A stretch of 64,000 bases of DNA, taken from positions 42,572 through 106,571 of the forward strand of contig JBAZKA010000003.1 of the NCBI GenBank assembly GCA_041651015.1, in the 5' to 3' direction. The notes below the pieces were generated by a model. It was not told the origin of the DNA, did not search any database, and saw only the letters and a program-made list of their open reading frames with translations. Origin of the DNA: Patescibacteria group bacterium. Its GTDB lineage: Bacteria > Patescibacteriota > Patescibacteriia > Magasanikbacterales > GWA2-37-8. The position numbers were made by a program, and so were the translations under genes. Shown here in pieces: positions 53,545 through 62,922 of the stretch (positions within the stretch are counted from its first letter, which is position 1; every line of letters begins with the position of its first letter).

Positions 53545-55002
53545 TTAATTATTTTTTTCCAAAAAATTTCCCACGCGCAAAATCGTTGATTCATCCAAAC
53601 GAGCGCCGATAATTTGCGCGCCAATCGGCAAACCGGATTTAGTCTTGCCAACCGGCACGGACAATGCCGGCATGCCGGCTACAGCCGCGGGCGAGACCAT
53701 CACATCAGCCAAATAAAGCGATAATGGGTCATTTAGCTTCTCGCCCAAACCGAATGCCGGACTCGGCGTGGTCGGGGTAATCAAGGCATCAACTTTTTTA
53801 AATACTTTATCAAAATCATTTTTGATGAGCGTTCTCACCTTCTGCGCTTTTTTGTAATAGGCATCATAATATCCGGCTGAAAGCGCGTAAGTGCCGATTA
53901 AAATTCTGCGTTTGACTTCCTCGGGAAAACCTTGGGCGCGCGATTCAGCATACAAATCAAATAAATTTTTGGCTTCGACGCGTGAACCATAACGCACACC
54001 ATCCAACCGCGCCAGATTGGAACTATCCTCGCTCGGCACCAGAATATAATAAACCGCCATGGCATATTTAGTATAAGGCAAGCTCACATCAACAATTTTA
54101 CAACCGAGTGATTTTAATTTCGCGATTTGATTTTGAACGGCGCGCAATACTTCGTCATCAATACTAATCTCCCCGCCCGAGGCGGGTCCGCCTAGGGCGG
54201 AATAGTATTCTTTGGGCACACCAATAGTCATTCCCTTGATATCTTTACTAATTTCTTTGGAATATTTCGGCACCTCGTCTGACACAGTCGTTGCATCTTT
54301 CACGTCGGCTCCGGCCATAATTTCCATAAGCATGGCAATATCCTCAACGGTTTTCGCGATCGGCCCGACCGTGTCCAGAGACGAAGCCATGGGCATAATG
54401 CCAAAACGCGAATTACGGCCATAACTCGGGCGCAAGCCAACCACTCCGCAAAACGCCGCCGGCTGGCGGATTGAACCACCCGTGTCCTCGGCAACAGAAA
54501 AAATACATTCATGGTCAGCCACGGCCGCGGCCGAACCGCCGGATGAACCGCCGGCTACTTTGGTCGTATCATGCGGATTTTTTACCGGGCCATACATGCT
54601 GTTTTCATTGCTCGCGCCGTGGCCAAAAGCATCACAATTATTTTTTCCAATTACGACGCCGCCCGCGGCGCGCAATTTTTTTATCACTGTCGCTTCATAC
54701 GGCGGAATATATTTATCCAAAATTTTGGCCGCACCCGTGGAACGAATTCCCTCGGTCACAATTGCATCCTTCACGCTGAACGGCACACCGGTGAGAGCGC
54801 CTGCCTTCTTTTCTGAAATTAAAACATCGGCGGTCTTGGCGTCAGTTAACGCCTCTTCTTCATTCACAGTGATAAACGCGTTCAATTCTTTATTGCGCTT
54901 TTTGATTTGCGACAAACACGCCTCGGTTAATTCCATGGCGCTAAATTTCTTTTTCTTCAATCCTTCAACAGATTCTTTGATTGTCAGTTCGTTTAATTCC
55001 AC
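53545..55002 (-). CDS. gatA: Glu-tRNA(Gln)/Asp-tRNA(Asn) amidotransferase subunit A
   Basis: Amidase signature 'GGSSGGSAAAVA'. Follows gatC. Apparent GTG start. Confidence 0.92.
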   Translation of the reverse strand: MELNELTIKESVEGLKKKKFSAMELTEACLSQIKKRNKELNAFITVNEEEALTDAKTADVLISEKKAGALTGVPFSVKDAIVTEGIRSTGAAKILDKYIPPYEATVIKKLRAAGGVVIGKNNCDAFGHGASNENSMYGPVKNPHDTTKVAGGSSGGSAAAVADHECIFSVAEDTGGSIRQPAAFCGVVGLRPSYGRNSRFGIMPMASSLDTVGPIAKTVEDIAMLMEIMAGADVKDATTVSDEVPKYSKEISKDIKGMTIGVPKEYYSALGGPASGGEISIDDEVLRAVQNQIAKLKSLGCKIVDVSLPYTKYAMAVYYILVPSEDSSNLARLDGVRYGSRVEAKNLFDLYAESRAQGFPEEVKRRILIGTYALSAGYYDAYYKKAQKVRTLIKNDFDKVFKKVDALITPTTPSPAFGLGEKLNDPLSLYLADVMVSPAAVAGMPALSVPVGKTKSGLPIGAQIIGARLDESTILRVGNFLEKNN

Positions 55003-55004
55003 AA

Positions 55005-55043
55005 TACTTTATAAACTTTATAACTTTATGAACTTTCAACTTC
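55005..55043. repeat. tandem 9-mer element ACTTTATAA-ACTTTATAA-CTTTATGAA-CTTTCAA at the gatC/gatA junction (copy of 6978-7016)
   Basis: Plus strand: 'actttataaactttataactttatgaactttcaacttc'. Overlaps the gatC stop and the gatA RBS region. Confidence 0.55.
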
Positions 55044-55328
55044 GCTAAACACCGCCGGTACTTTTAATTCTCCGGCGTAAACATCGGGCATACAATCCAT
55101 CAATTCTTTTTTATTCGTAGATATCACAGCTTCGTCCTCCCGATAAACGTTGCTTAGGCCCGTCACTTGGGACGTTGGTTCAACGCCGTCAGTCGGCACT
55201 TCATTCAAAATTTTCATATAATCCAAAACCGCCGAAATGGTTTCGGCGTGGCGTTTTTCTTCGTCCGGAGTTAGCTTAATCCGAGCCAACAAGGCGATCT
55301 TCTTTATTTCTTCAAGGCTAATCGGCAT
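55026..55328 (-). CDS. gatC: Glu-tRNA(Gln) amidotransferase subunit C
   Basis: 'MPISLEEIKKIALLARIKLTPDEEKRHAETISAVLDYMKIL' is a typical GatC. The start is taken at the internal Met. Confidence 0.85.
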   Translation of the reverse strand: MPISLEEIKKIALLARIKLTPDEEKRHAETISAVLDYMKILNEVPTDGVEPTSQVTGLSNVYREDEAVISTNKKELMDCMPDVYAGELKVPAVFSEVESS

Positions 55329-55382
55329 ACGGGTTAAATATAACAAAATAACGGCTGTCGTGCAACCCCTCACGACGAAATA

Positions 55383-55973
55383 TTATTTAATATTTACAGT
55401 AATTTCCGTGTCCCCCGCCATATAACCAACCAGACGCTTGATTTCCTCTTTGGCCTTGTTATTCGCGGTCGCCATCATTTCCGTGGAGGTGGCTGCGCTC
55501 TCCGCTTGTTTGATCAGTTCAGCCATCGCCTGATTATAGCCGTCGTCATTTTCTAAAAATCTTTTTAATATGCCTTGAGTGTTTTCCACGCTAATATCCC
55601 CCACCAAACGCGAATTAAAAATTTCCGCACCCGGAATTTCCACGATAATTTTTTTGCCGGAAACCTTAATGTCTGCGGCGGACAATTTTTCTAAATCCAC
55701 ACCCAAATTAACTTCGGCCACGGCTGAGGCGTTAATCTCCTGACCCCAAAATAATTTTTTCCATAGACTGGCCTGATCGGTTTTGATGTTGGTCGCCACC
55801 GTAGAAACAATAGTCTCCGTCACCAAAAATCCGCGCTCGCGCAATGCCGTCAGGATAGTTTGATCAGTAATGGTTTTATCTACGGCTTGACCGCGCCCCC
55901 ACATCCAACCGATAAAAATTCCAAAAATCATGATACCGACTACCAACAAAATCGCTTTGACAAATTTATTCAT
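55383..55973 (-). CDS. DUF4230-like membrane-anchored protein
   Basis: N-terminal TM 'ILLVVGIMIFGIFIGWMW'. Follows corA. The start is taken at MNKFVKA. Confidence 0.5.
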   Translation of the reverse strand: MNKFVKAILLVVGIMIFGIFIGWMWGRGQAVDKTITDQTILTALRERGFLVTETIVSTVATNIKTDQASLWKKLFWGQEINASAVAEVNLGVDLEKLSAADIKVSGKKIIVEIPGAEIFNSRLVGDISVENTQGILKRFLENDDGYNQAMAELIKQAESAATSTEMMATANNKAKEEIKRLVGYMAGDTEITVNIK

Positions 55974-55974
55974 A

Positions 55975-56889
55975 TTAAACTTTTTTACTGCGAATAAGCA
56001 TGACGACCAACAACATGGTAAAAAGCGCCACGCCGATAAATAACGCAAAAACTTTTATCGGTTCGTCCACAAACGGCACATTTATGTTCATACCGTAAAT
56101 GCCGGAAAGTAAAGTGAGAGGCATGAGCGAAGCGGAAATAACGGTAAGTGTGGTAATGACACGGTTGGTGTGCTGAGAAATAAGGGACTCATTGGTGCGG
56201 TGCAAGCCGTCCACCATATCGCGATGGCTCTCCACTTCCACCCAAGTTTTTTCAATATAGTCATGGATGTTGTCAAAATAATTCGCCATCTCGGCCGGAA
56301 TAAATTCACGATCCAAATTGACCAGCACGTTGATGGTGAAGCGCTGCGGGTCAAGCAAACGGCGCAAGGTAAAAGTTGAACGCCTGATGAGCGCGAGGTC
56401 GCGGGCCACGCTCTTCAACTCGTTATCATAGACATCATCCTCCACTTCGGCAATTTGCCGGCCGACAATGTCAAACGCCTGATGCGACTCGCGGAATAAT
56501 TTTTCCAAAATCTTGTATAGTAAAAAACTAACGCCTTTTTCCACCCATAATTTTTTTAATTTACGACTGACGTTCACTCGTTCAAAAATATGATCCAAAA
56601 AAGGATTGGGGTTTTTGGCAACTGTGATAAGCGTATCACGATTTAAAAATATGTCCACCTCGCGTCCGCGGACTTTGAATTTTTCCTTGTCGTAATACGG
56701 AAAAACCGCGATTAAAAAAAGATAATATTTGTAAATATCAATTTTCGGCCGCTGGCTATCGGACATGACGTCCTCAATATCCAAAGCGTGAAATTTGAAG
56801 TTGTCTCTCAAATATGTTCCGGTGGATTCATCAATATCCGACAAATGTATCCAACGGCATTTTTTGCCTTTGATTTCTTTAACATCCAT
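55975..56889 (-). CDS. corA: CorA-family Mg2+/Co2+ transporter
   Basis: C-terminal 'LTLLSGIYGMNINVPF' (the GMN motif) plus 2 C-terminal TM helices. Confidence 0.75.
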   Translation of the reverse strand: MDVKEIKGKKCRWIHLSDIDESTGTYLRDNFKFHALDIEDVMSDSQRPKIDIYKYYLFLIAVFPYYDKEKFKVRGREVDIFLNRDTLITVAKNPNPFLDHIFERVNVSRKLKKLWVEKGVSFLLYKILEKLFRESHQAFDIVGRQIAEVEDDVYDNELKSVARDLALIRRSTFTLRRLLDPQRFTINVLVNLDREFIPAEMANYFDNIHDYIEKTWVEVESHRDMVDGLHRTNESLISQHTNRVITTLTVISASLMPLTLLSGIYGMNINVPFVDEPIKVFALFIGVALFTMLLVVMLIRSKKV

Positions 56890-56950
56890 ATTTTCCCAAA
56901 ATTTATTTTGTGAAATAATTATTTATATTATAGCACATCTAACGCGTGAC

Positions 56951-56989
56951 GGAAAATAAAACCGTCCCGGATAATTTATTCGGGGCGGT
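56951..56989 (-). terminator. terminator downstream of the ABC-2 permease
   Basis: Minus strand: hairpin 'accgccccgaataaattatccgggacggt' followed by 'tttattttcc'. Confidence 0.45.
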
Positions 56990-57013
56990 GTTTGAGAAGA
57001 TGGTGAGATAAAA

Positions 57014-57760
57014 CTAAATCTGTATCTTCCTAAAGAAATAACTACCCAGCGACCAGAACAATACAGTCACTGCGCCGAGGACGATAAAATCCATGGTCAA
57101 GCCGTAATGTCCGGCGCCGATAAGCAAAGCGCGAAGAGCGTCAATGCCGTAAGATAGCGGATCAATCTGCGCGATAATGGCGAGCGCGGCCGGCAGGCCG
57201 TCCAGCGGGAAAAGCGCGCCCGAGAGAAAAAATAACGGCATGACCAAAAAATTCATAATGAGTTGGAAGCCTTGCATATCGTCAAGCAAAGACGCGATCA
57301 TAGTGCCGAGCGAAGTAAAAAGAAGCGAAACCAAAAACATGATAAGAATAGCCGGAATAATCATGAGCCAACTTACCGGATGAAAACCAAACAGCATGGC
57401 GATAAACATCACGATCACGCCTTGCAAAGTCGCGACAGTCGCCCCACCCAAAGTCCGGCCGATCATAATGCTTAGGCGCGACATGGGCGCGACCAAAGTT
57501 TCTTTGAGAAAACCAAACTGCCGGTCCCAGATTACTTCCATACCGGAAAAAACCGAAGTGAACAAAATACTCATCCCGATAATTCCGGGCGCGAGAAAAT
57601 TTAAATAATTTCCCTCGCCGGCTTTTTGGTACACTGAACCAAAACCATAACCCATGGCCAATAAAAATAATAACGGTTGCGCAAGCGAACCGACAATGCG
57701 CGATTTGGAACGCAGATAACGCTTGATTTGTCTGAGCCAAAGAATGTATATTTTTTTCAT
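57014..57760 (-). CDS. ABC-2 type transporter permease
   Basis: 6 TM helices. 4-nt gap to the upstream ATPase gene. Confidence 0.8.
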   Translation of the reverse strand: MKKIYILWLRQIKRYLRSKSRIVGSLAQPLLFLLAMGYGFGSVYQKAGEGNYLNFLAPGIIGMSILFTSVFSGMEVIWDRQFGFLKETLVAPMSRLSIMIGRTLGGATVATLQGVIVMFIAMLFGFHPVSWLMIIPAILIMFLVSLLFTSLGTMIASLLDDMQGFQLIMNFLVMPLFFLSGALFPLDGLPAALAIIAQIDPLSYGIDALRALLIGAGHYGLTMDFIVLGAVTVLFWSLGSYFFRKIQI

Positions 57761-57765
57761 AATAG

Positions 57766-58572
57766 TTAGCGTTTGTTATTGGTATGCATGCGGTGCATGG
57801 CGCGGAAATGATCCATGGAACCGACCGTCTCCTCGCGAATACTCTTGCCGGTCAAAGCGAGAAACGCGTCTTCCAGCGAATTGGTATTGGTTTGCTTTTT
57901 CAAATCATCGGCCGTACCTGAGGCAATAATTTTCCCATGGTCAATCACGGCAATCCGATCGGCGATGCGCTCAGCTTCTTCCATGTAATGCGTGGAAAAA
58001 AATATTGTAGTCTTTTCGTTTTTATTTAGCTCGCGCAGATGCGCCCACAAAGCATTTCTGGTTTGCGGGTCCAATCCGAGAGTCGGCTCGTCAAGAAAAA
58101 ATATTTTCGGATGATGCAAAAGTCCGCGGGCGATTTCCAACCGGCGCTTCATTCCGCCGGAAAATTCTTTGACCAAATTATCTCGGCGTTCCCACAGTTC
58201 CACGAACTTGAGCAAATATTCAATTCTCTCTTTGCGTAATTTATCCGGCACATCATACAACACGCCGTGAAATTCCATATTTTCATAAGCGGTCAGATCA
58301 TCATCCAAACTCGGATCTTGGAACACAATACCAAATGACCGGCGGGCTTCATCGGATTCACGCACCGGGTCATGCCCGTTCAAATCCATTTCGCCCGAAG
58401 TCGGCTTGAGCAAAGTGGTCAGCATTTTAATGGTGGTGGATTTACCCGCGCCATTCGGACCGAGAAAAGCAAAAATTTCTCCTTCTTTAACTTCAAAGGA
58501 AATGTTGTCCACGGCCGTAAAGCCGTCAAATTTTTTCGTCAGATTTTTGACTGATATCATATTTTTTGTCAT
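57766..58572 (-). CDS. ABC transporter ATP-binding protein
   Basis: 'LGPNGAGKSTTIKML', 'LSGGMKRRLEIARGL', and 'IFFLDEPTLGLD'. Confidence 0.9.
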   Translation of the reverse strand: MTKNMISVKNLTKKFDGFTAVDNISFEVKEGEIFAFLGPNGAGKSTTIKMLTTLLKPTSGEMDLNGHDPVRESDEARRSFGIVFQDPSLDDDLTAYENMEFHGVLYDVPDKLRKERIEYLLKFVELWERRDNLVKEFSGGMKRRLEIARGLLHHPKIFFLDEPTLGLDPQTRNALWAHLRELNKNEKTTIFFSTHYMEEAERIADRIAVIDHGKIIASGTADDLKKQTNTNSLEDAFLALTGKSIREETVGSMDHFRAMHRMHTNNKR

Positions 58573-58615
58573 TCCCGCACCCGCTTCGCGAGTATAAACT
58601 CCGGCGGGAATCCAG
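58568..58615. repeat. module-B-like palindromic repeat GTCATTCCCGC...GCGGGAATCCAG overlapping the annotated ABC ATPase start codon
   Basis: The GTCAT end of the repeat is the reverse complement of the ATGAC at the annotated start. A second Met follows 4 codons later. Confidence 0.6.
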
Positions 58616-58739
58616 ATTTATATAGATAATTTACAAATTAAGCGTGAACATTATTGTATCATTTACTAGTGCAATAATCAATCCGCACTTTGTGGCAAAT
58701 AAAAAAGCCGGCGGGACAACCCCCGACGGCTCAATAGTC

Positions 58740-59138
58740 TCACACGCCGGCCAAAATCCTACACGAGGAAATATACTGATGTAATCTCCCGTATAACTGA
58801 GCGATCAAACGTGGATCACCGACTTGGGCAGCAAGTGTTGCAGGCTCGGAGATTTGTTCCGAAATAAAATTCAAATTCAAAACTTGCGGCATCAAATAAT
58901 CGTAAACATCGACTTCTTCCGGCAAACCGCACCGAGTCAATCCTTGAAACAACACTTCACCGCATTTGCTGCTGATGTCGCCCTGTTTCAACAAATGATC
59001 GACGAACGCACGACCAATGGTTTGCGAAAAGAACGGGCTAGAACAGTCAACTCCCTCGTGATAGATAAAGGCGGAATTTCTATTGAAAAAGGACTTATCC
59101 AACACAACCAGATGCACGGCATTAGCTTTTTTAGACAT
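58740..59138 (-). CDS. hypothetical protein (132 aa) with own promoter and SD
   Basis: 'gaggagggGCCATG'. Promoter TTGACA-17-TAGTAT at 59177-59205 (minus strand). Confidence 0.45.
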   Translation of the reverse strand: MSKKANAVHLVVLDKSFFNRNSAFIYHEGVDCSSPFFSQTIGRAFVDHLLKQGDISSKCGEVLFQGLTRCGLPEEVDVYDYLMPQVLNLNFISEQISEPATLAAQVGDPRLIAQLYGRLHQYISSCRILAGV

Positions 59139-59176
59139 GGCCCCTCCTCATGTGAAAATGTTGGAAAATTCAAAAT

Positions 59177-59205
59177 ATACTAACATATTTTTGTATATTT
59201 GTCAA
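59177..59205 (-). promoter_or_regulatory. sigma70-like promoter TTGACA-17-TAGTAT
   Basis: Minus strand: 'TTGACAaatatacaaaaatatgtTAGTAT'. Confidence 0.5.
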
Positions 59206-59231
59206 TAATAAAATCACCGCGCAAAGGCGGT
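59204..59231 (-). terminator. terminator downstream of arfB
   Basis: Minus strand: 'accgcctttgcgcggt' followed by 'gattttattatt'. Confidence 0.5.
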
Positions 59232-59265
59232 AAAATATCTCCGAATTATTTCAAAAAATATAACG

Positions 59266-59691
59266 TTAATCATCCGCGCCACGCCGCGCAATTTTAATTT
59301 TTGACCGATGAATTTTTGCTTCCAACCTCCGAATTTTTGACGCTTTGGTCGGACGGGTCGGCCGGCGTTTCTTGGGAATGACTAAGGCGCGCGATACCAG
59401 CGCCTGCAATCGCGCAATAGCCAAATCACGATTTTGCGCCTGCGTTCGTTCTTGTTCGGACACCACCACTAATTCATCACTCCAATTTATTTTGTTGGAT
59501 AATTTTTCCCGCACCCGCGCTTTTTGTTCCAAAGACAAAACCCGCGAACACCCAATCGGCCAATGCACGGTGGCTTTGGTGGAAGTCTTATTCACATTTT
59601 GTCCGCCCGCGCCGCTTGACCTTGCAAAGGTGATGCGGAGTTCGGATGATGGGATATACATATTTACGTCCTCGGATTTGATTTTTTCCAC
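59266..59691 (-). CDS. arfB: peptidyl-tRNA hydrolase ArfB (YaeJ-like, RF-1 domain with GGQ)
   Basis: 'ITFARSSGAGGQNVNKTSTKA' and a basic C-terminal tail 'KKRRPTRPTKASKIRRLEAKIHRSKIK'. Confidence 0.75.
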   Translation of the reverse strand: MEKIKSEDVNMYIPSSELRITFARSSGAGGQNVNKTSTKATVHWPIGCSRVLSLEQKARVREKLSNKINWSDELVVVSEQERTQAQNRDLAIARLQALVSRALVIPKKRRPTRPTKASKIRRLEAKIHRSKIKIARRGADD

Positions 59692-60305
59692 TCAATTATC
59701 CGGCCGGCGCAACGTTCCATTTTATCCGCCGGACGGAGGAATTTTTTATTTTTCGCGGGATAAATTCGTTTGTGCGGTGCCTCATCAATCGCTTCGGCAA
59801 TGGGATACAAATCCTCTTCGGTGGTAATCCATTTACTACCCAGACGGCGCAAGTCAAAAGGTTTGGCCGAATAACTCACCAAAACTTTTTTACCATTGCT
59901 GTTCAAAAAATATTCATGAAAATATGACAAGGCCAACTCGCGGAAAGTTTTGTGCACCGGGTCGCGGAAACGCAAAACCGCGTGATTAGTCTTGCTGATC
60001 GCGCCCCAGTATCCGTTTCGGCGGTATAGCGTCACCACATGGTCGTCATCCCCGTCGCATTTCAAATCAAAAAGCAGCGGTTTTTCCCCGCGAAGCCACA
60101 AGGCCGTAGCCGCGACCAGAGCGCCTTCCAAACAATGCATCTTGCGCCTTTTTAACGACAGGCGCGGAGACAAATATGTTTCTCCGTTCTTTTCATGATT
60201 CATCGGCATCTTATCCAAAAAATCCTGAATTTTTATCGGAGTGGAAAGTTTTTTTAAAATTTTTATTTCGGTTTTTGTGAGGCCGAACATAACCGGAATT
60301 ATCAT
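59664..60305 (-). CDS. hypothetical protein, possible papain-like/transglutaminase-like Cys-His fold
   Basis: 'HCLEGALVAATALW...DGDDDHVVTLYRRNGYWGAISKTNH'. The assignment is weak. Confidence 0.35.
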   Translation of the reverse strand: MIIPVMFGLTKTEIKILKKLSTPIKIQDFLDKMPMNHEKNGETYLSPRLSLKRRKMHCLEGALVAATALWLRGEKPLLFDLKCDGDDDHVVTLYRRNGYWGAISKTNHAVLRFRDPVHKTFRELALSYFHEYFLNSNGKKVLVSYSAKPFDLRRLGSKWITTEEDLYPIAEAIDEAPHKRIYPAKNKKFLRPADKMERCAGRIIEWKKSNPRT

Positions 60306-61048
60306 TTGGAATTCTCTTTATACTTATTTAAGATATTATAAATAATTTCAATTTTTTCATAATTCAATACATTTTGCGGAAAAGAATCTGCAATTAATTT
60401 TTCTAGCCAATCATAACCAATTACATATACTCCCCTCTTTTTATTCAACCCAAAATGGACAATAGCATTCGGATTTTCAAATACTATCACCGGCCAAACA
60501 TGCAATGTTAATTGCAACTCACTGAGAAGAGTTTCTTCAATTATTTTTTTCTGCGCCCATGCCTGGCGTAAAAAATTCTTTTCCTGGAACCTGCAGCCGT
60601 TACGAGTAAGCTCCTCGTCGTCATAACCAATATTTCCCTCATGGCTCTTAACTTCAATAGACCAAACTCCCGACGGACCAATAACCACAATATCAATATT
60701 TCCTCTGTCACCTATTACTAAATTATCAAGAATTTTATAGCTTCCGGACAGGCCTTTCAGAAGTTGCTTTTTAACATTATCCTCTGATTGCTTGCCAAAT
60801 ATTCTATTACCAATTTGGTATCCGAACTTACTGAACAATAATGCCAGTATGGCAAAACCACCCATCCATGCCAAGGACGACCACCAAAATTTTAGATATT
60901 TATAAAACGGATATTTATAATAGAAATATCCGACGACTATCACTAAAACAAAACATATAATACTCCGTGATAACGATTTCTGATAATACGATAATTTCAT
61001 AGTCAATATTTTACCCCCTCGCCTCAAAATCCTCCAACAAATCACCAA
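60302..61048 (-). CDS. NERD (nuclease-related domain) protein, N-terminally membrane-anchored
   Basis: 'YKILDNLVIGDRGNIDIVVIGPSGVWSIEVKSHEG'. 2 N-terminal TM helices. Confidence 0.65.
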   Translation of the reverse strand: MVICWRILRRGGKILTMKLSYYQKSLSRSIICFVLVIVVGYFYYKYPFYKYLKFWWSSLAWMGGFAILALLFSKFGYQIGNRIFGKQSEDNVKKQLLKGLSGSYKILDNLVIGDRGNIDIVVIGPSGVWSIEVKSHEGNIGYDDEELTRNGCRFQEKNFLRQAWAQKKIIEETLLSELQLTLHVWPVIVFENPNAIVHFGLNKKRGVYVIGYDWLEKLIADSFPQNVLNYEKIEIIYNILNKYKENSK

Positions 61049-61925
61049 ACGTCTCCAATTTATTCCTCACCGCAGGCGAGACATCAGTCCCGTCCAAAAT
61101 TTGTTTTTGTTCTTTGAGCGAAGCCGTGAGTTTAGCAAACACTACGCGTTCAACATCGGTCGGCGCGCTGTCCGGATCAAAATCCATTTTCCCCAACAAG
61201 TTTTCCAACTCAATGCTTTTTAATCCCAAATAAAATACCGGCAAGGTCGTCATTTCCGCGCGTTTTAATTTTCCTTTTTCCAGTTTCATGCCATAGCGCA
61301 CTCTGGCCCCGCCTTTCTTCGCCACCTTTTTTATTTTATCAATCTTCTCGCCGGTGCGTTCGCCAGCTCCGCCTTCGTGCACTTCATCAAAGGCGCAAAT
61401 CGCTTCGCCGGTGCGCTTGTTCAAAATAATATTATCCACGCCGTTGTTGTAATCATCAAACGCCGAAGCGCGGACAACCAAAAAATCATCTTTTAAAATT
61501 TTATGCAGGAGTCCGGTGACCGCCATTTCCATCTGACCATTTTTATTTATTATTTTTTCCTTGCGCCAGCGCTCCACAATCTCATCCGGAGTATTGGCGC
61601 CGTATTTCTCACGATAATATTCCTTAACTTGAGGCACGCCGGCACGGCTGAAATGCAGTTCTGATTCGCGCACGCGGTCATTGTCATCGGCGATATCTTC
61701 GGCCGAATACAAATCATCAGCATAACTATCCATATTTAACGAACCGTCTGCATGCAAAAAATCAGCCAAGCCATATTGCTCCGACACTTCACTATTTACA
61801 TGCTCGGATATTTTTTGCATCATTACCGCCAGTTTGCCCGCAAAGAATTCCGGACTTTTCTTCTTTTCCAACGAACGGCGCTCCACTAAATTTCGCGGGT
61901 CAACAAACTGATCAGGTCTAAACAT
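61011..61925 (-). CDS. hypothetical acidic protein (304 aa)
   Basis: ORF only. Overlaps the NERD gene start by 38 nt. Confidence 0.4.
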   Translation of the reverse strand: MFRPDQFVDPRNLVERRSLEKKKSPEFFAGKLAVMMQKISEHVNSEVSEQYGLADFLHADGSLNMDSYADDLYSAEDIADDNDRVRESELHFSRAGVPQVKEYYREKYGANTPDEIVERWRKEKIINKNGQMEMAVTGLLHKILKDDFLVVRASAFDDYNNGVDNIILNKRTGEAICAFDEVHEGGAGERTGEKIDKIKKVAKKGGARVRYGMKLEKGKLKRAEMTTLPVFYLGLKSIELENLLGKMDFDPDSAPTDVERVVFAKLTASLKEQKQILDGTDVSPAVRNKLETFGDLLEDFEARG

Positions 61926-61948
61926 AAGATATTTTTAATCTGTTAATC

Positions 61949-62347
61949 TCACCAATTCAAAAATGTCACCGTAAGCTGTAGAACCGTGGCAAAGGAAACC
62001 CAAAGCAAATATGGAATATTTATAAAAGTCACCCAACGAGCGCGCGGGTAAATGGCAATCATCGCCCAAATGAGCGTGCCAAGCACCAGCAAAATATCCA
62101 GGGCAGCCAATAAATTATTTTGCAGACCAAACTGTATCGGAGTAAAAATCAAATTAAAAACCAAATTCAAGGCAAACGGCAAACCAACCATGGCCGGAAT
62201 TTTCTTCTTGATAATTGCCCACAGCACCCAGCCAAAAGAAATGGCGATGAGAATGTATAAAACCGTCCAAACCGGGCCAAACAGCCAAGCCGGTGGCGCC
62301 CAGGACGGCCTGACGAGCGTCTGATACCATCCGTAAGCTAAGTTCAT
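61949..62347 (-). CDS. tspO: TspO/MBR (tryptophan-rich sensory protein) family
   Basis: 'WYQTLVRPSWAPPAWLFGPVWTVLYILIAISFGWV'. 5 TM helices, Trp-rich. Confidence 0.75.
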   Translation of the reverse strand: MNLAYGWYQTLVRPSWAPPAWLFGPVWTVLYILIAISFGWVLWAIIKKKIPAMVGLPFALNLVFNLIFTPIQFGLQNNLLAALDILLVLGTLIWAMIAIYPRARWVTFINIPYLLWVSFATVLQLTVTFLNW

Positions 62348-62445
62348 ACAATAAAATTAATAATTTAACAGCCATTTAATCAATTATACTCTATATAGCG
62401 CTTTAGCGTCAAAACAACAGAATATAGCCAATTTGCCCAGGAATC

Positions 62446-62548
62446 TGACCCCTCACTCAGAGACCATAAAAACGGAATAATCAAATTTCTATTAAATCAA
62501 TCATAGAAATTGTATGCGTCAAATCACGTTGGTCTCTGGGTGAGGGGC
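62446..62548. repeat. 18-19 bp inverted repeat pair (TGACCCCTCACTCAGAGACCA / TGGTCTCTGGGTGAGGGGC) about 65 bp apart, abutting the cspA -35
   Basis: The arms are reverse-complementary with a single C/T difference. Confidence 0.6.
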
Positions 62549-62577
62549 TTGACAAAACTCCCAAAATGTGCTATACT
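62549..62577 (+). promoter_or_regulatory. cspA promoter TTGACA-17-(TG)TATACT with about 85-nt 5' UTR
   Basis: 'TTGACAaaactcccaaaatgtgcTATACT'. Extended -10 TG. Confidence 0.65.
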
Positions 62578-62666
62578 GATAATACTAAAAAGTTTGCTTC
62601 CACGTAGAAACTAGTCGAATTTCTGCAGAGGCCTTCTTTGCAGCTTAGTTCACTATATACAACACT

Positions 62667-62870
62667 ATGACCGGAAAAATCGCAAGATTGACGGACAAGG
62701 GTTTCGGCTTTATTACTCCTGATGGAGAAGCCGGCGGAAAGGATATTTTCTTCCATTCCACAGCCCTCGTCGGTGTGACCTTCAACGAATTGCGCGAAGG
62801 TGATGCCGTGTCCTTTGAAACCGAGCAATCGGACAAAGGCCCGCGCGCTATCAACGTGCAACGCGTCTAA
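62667..62870 (+). CDS. cspA: cold-shock protein (CspA family)
   Basis: 'GKIARLTDKGFGFITPDGEAGGKDIFFHSTAL' RNP1/RNP2 motifs. 67 aa. Confidence 0.92.
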   Translation: MTGKIARLTDKGFGFITPDGEAGGKDIFFHSTALVGVTFNELREGDAVSFETEQSDKGPRAINVQRV

Positions 62871-62885
62871 TAATATAGACATTAA

Positions 62886-62913
62886 AACACTCCGCATTTG
62901 CGGGGTGTTTTTT
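62886..62913 (+). terminator. rho-independent terminator of cspA (near-identical to 15684-15710)
   Basis: 'acactccgcatttgcggggtgt' followed by 'tttttt'. Confidence 0.75.
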
Positions 62914-62922
62914 GTTTAAAAT

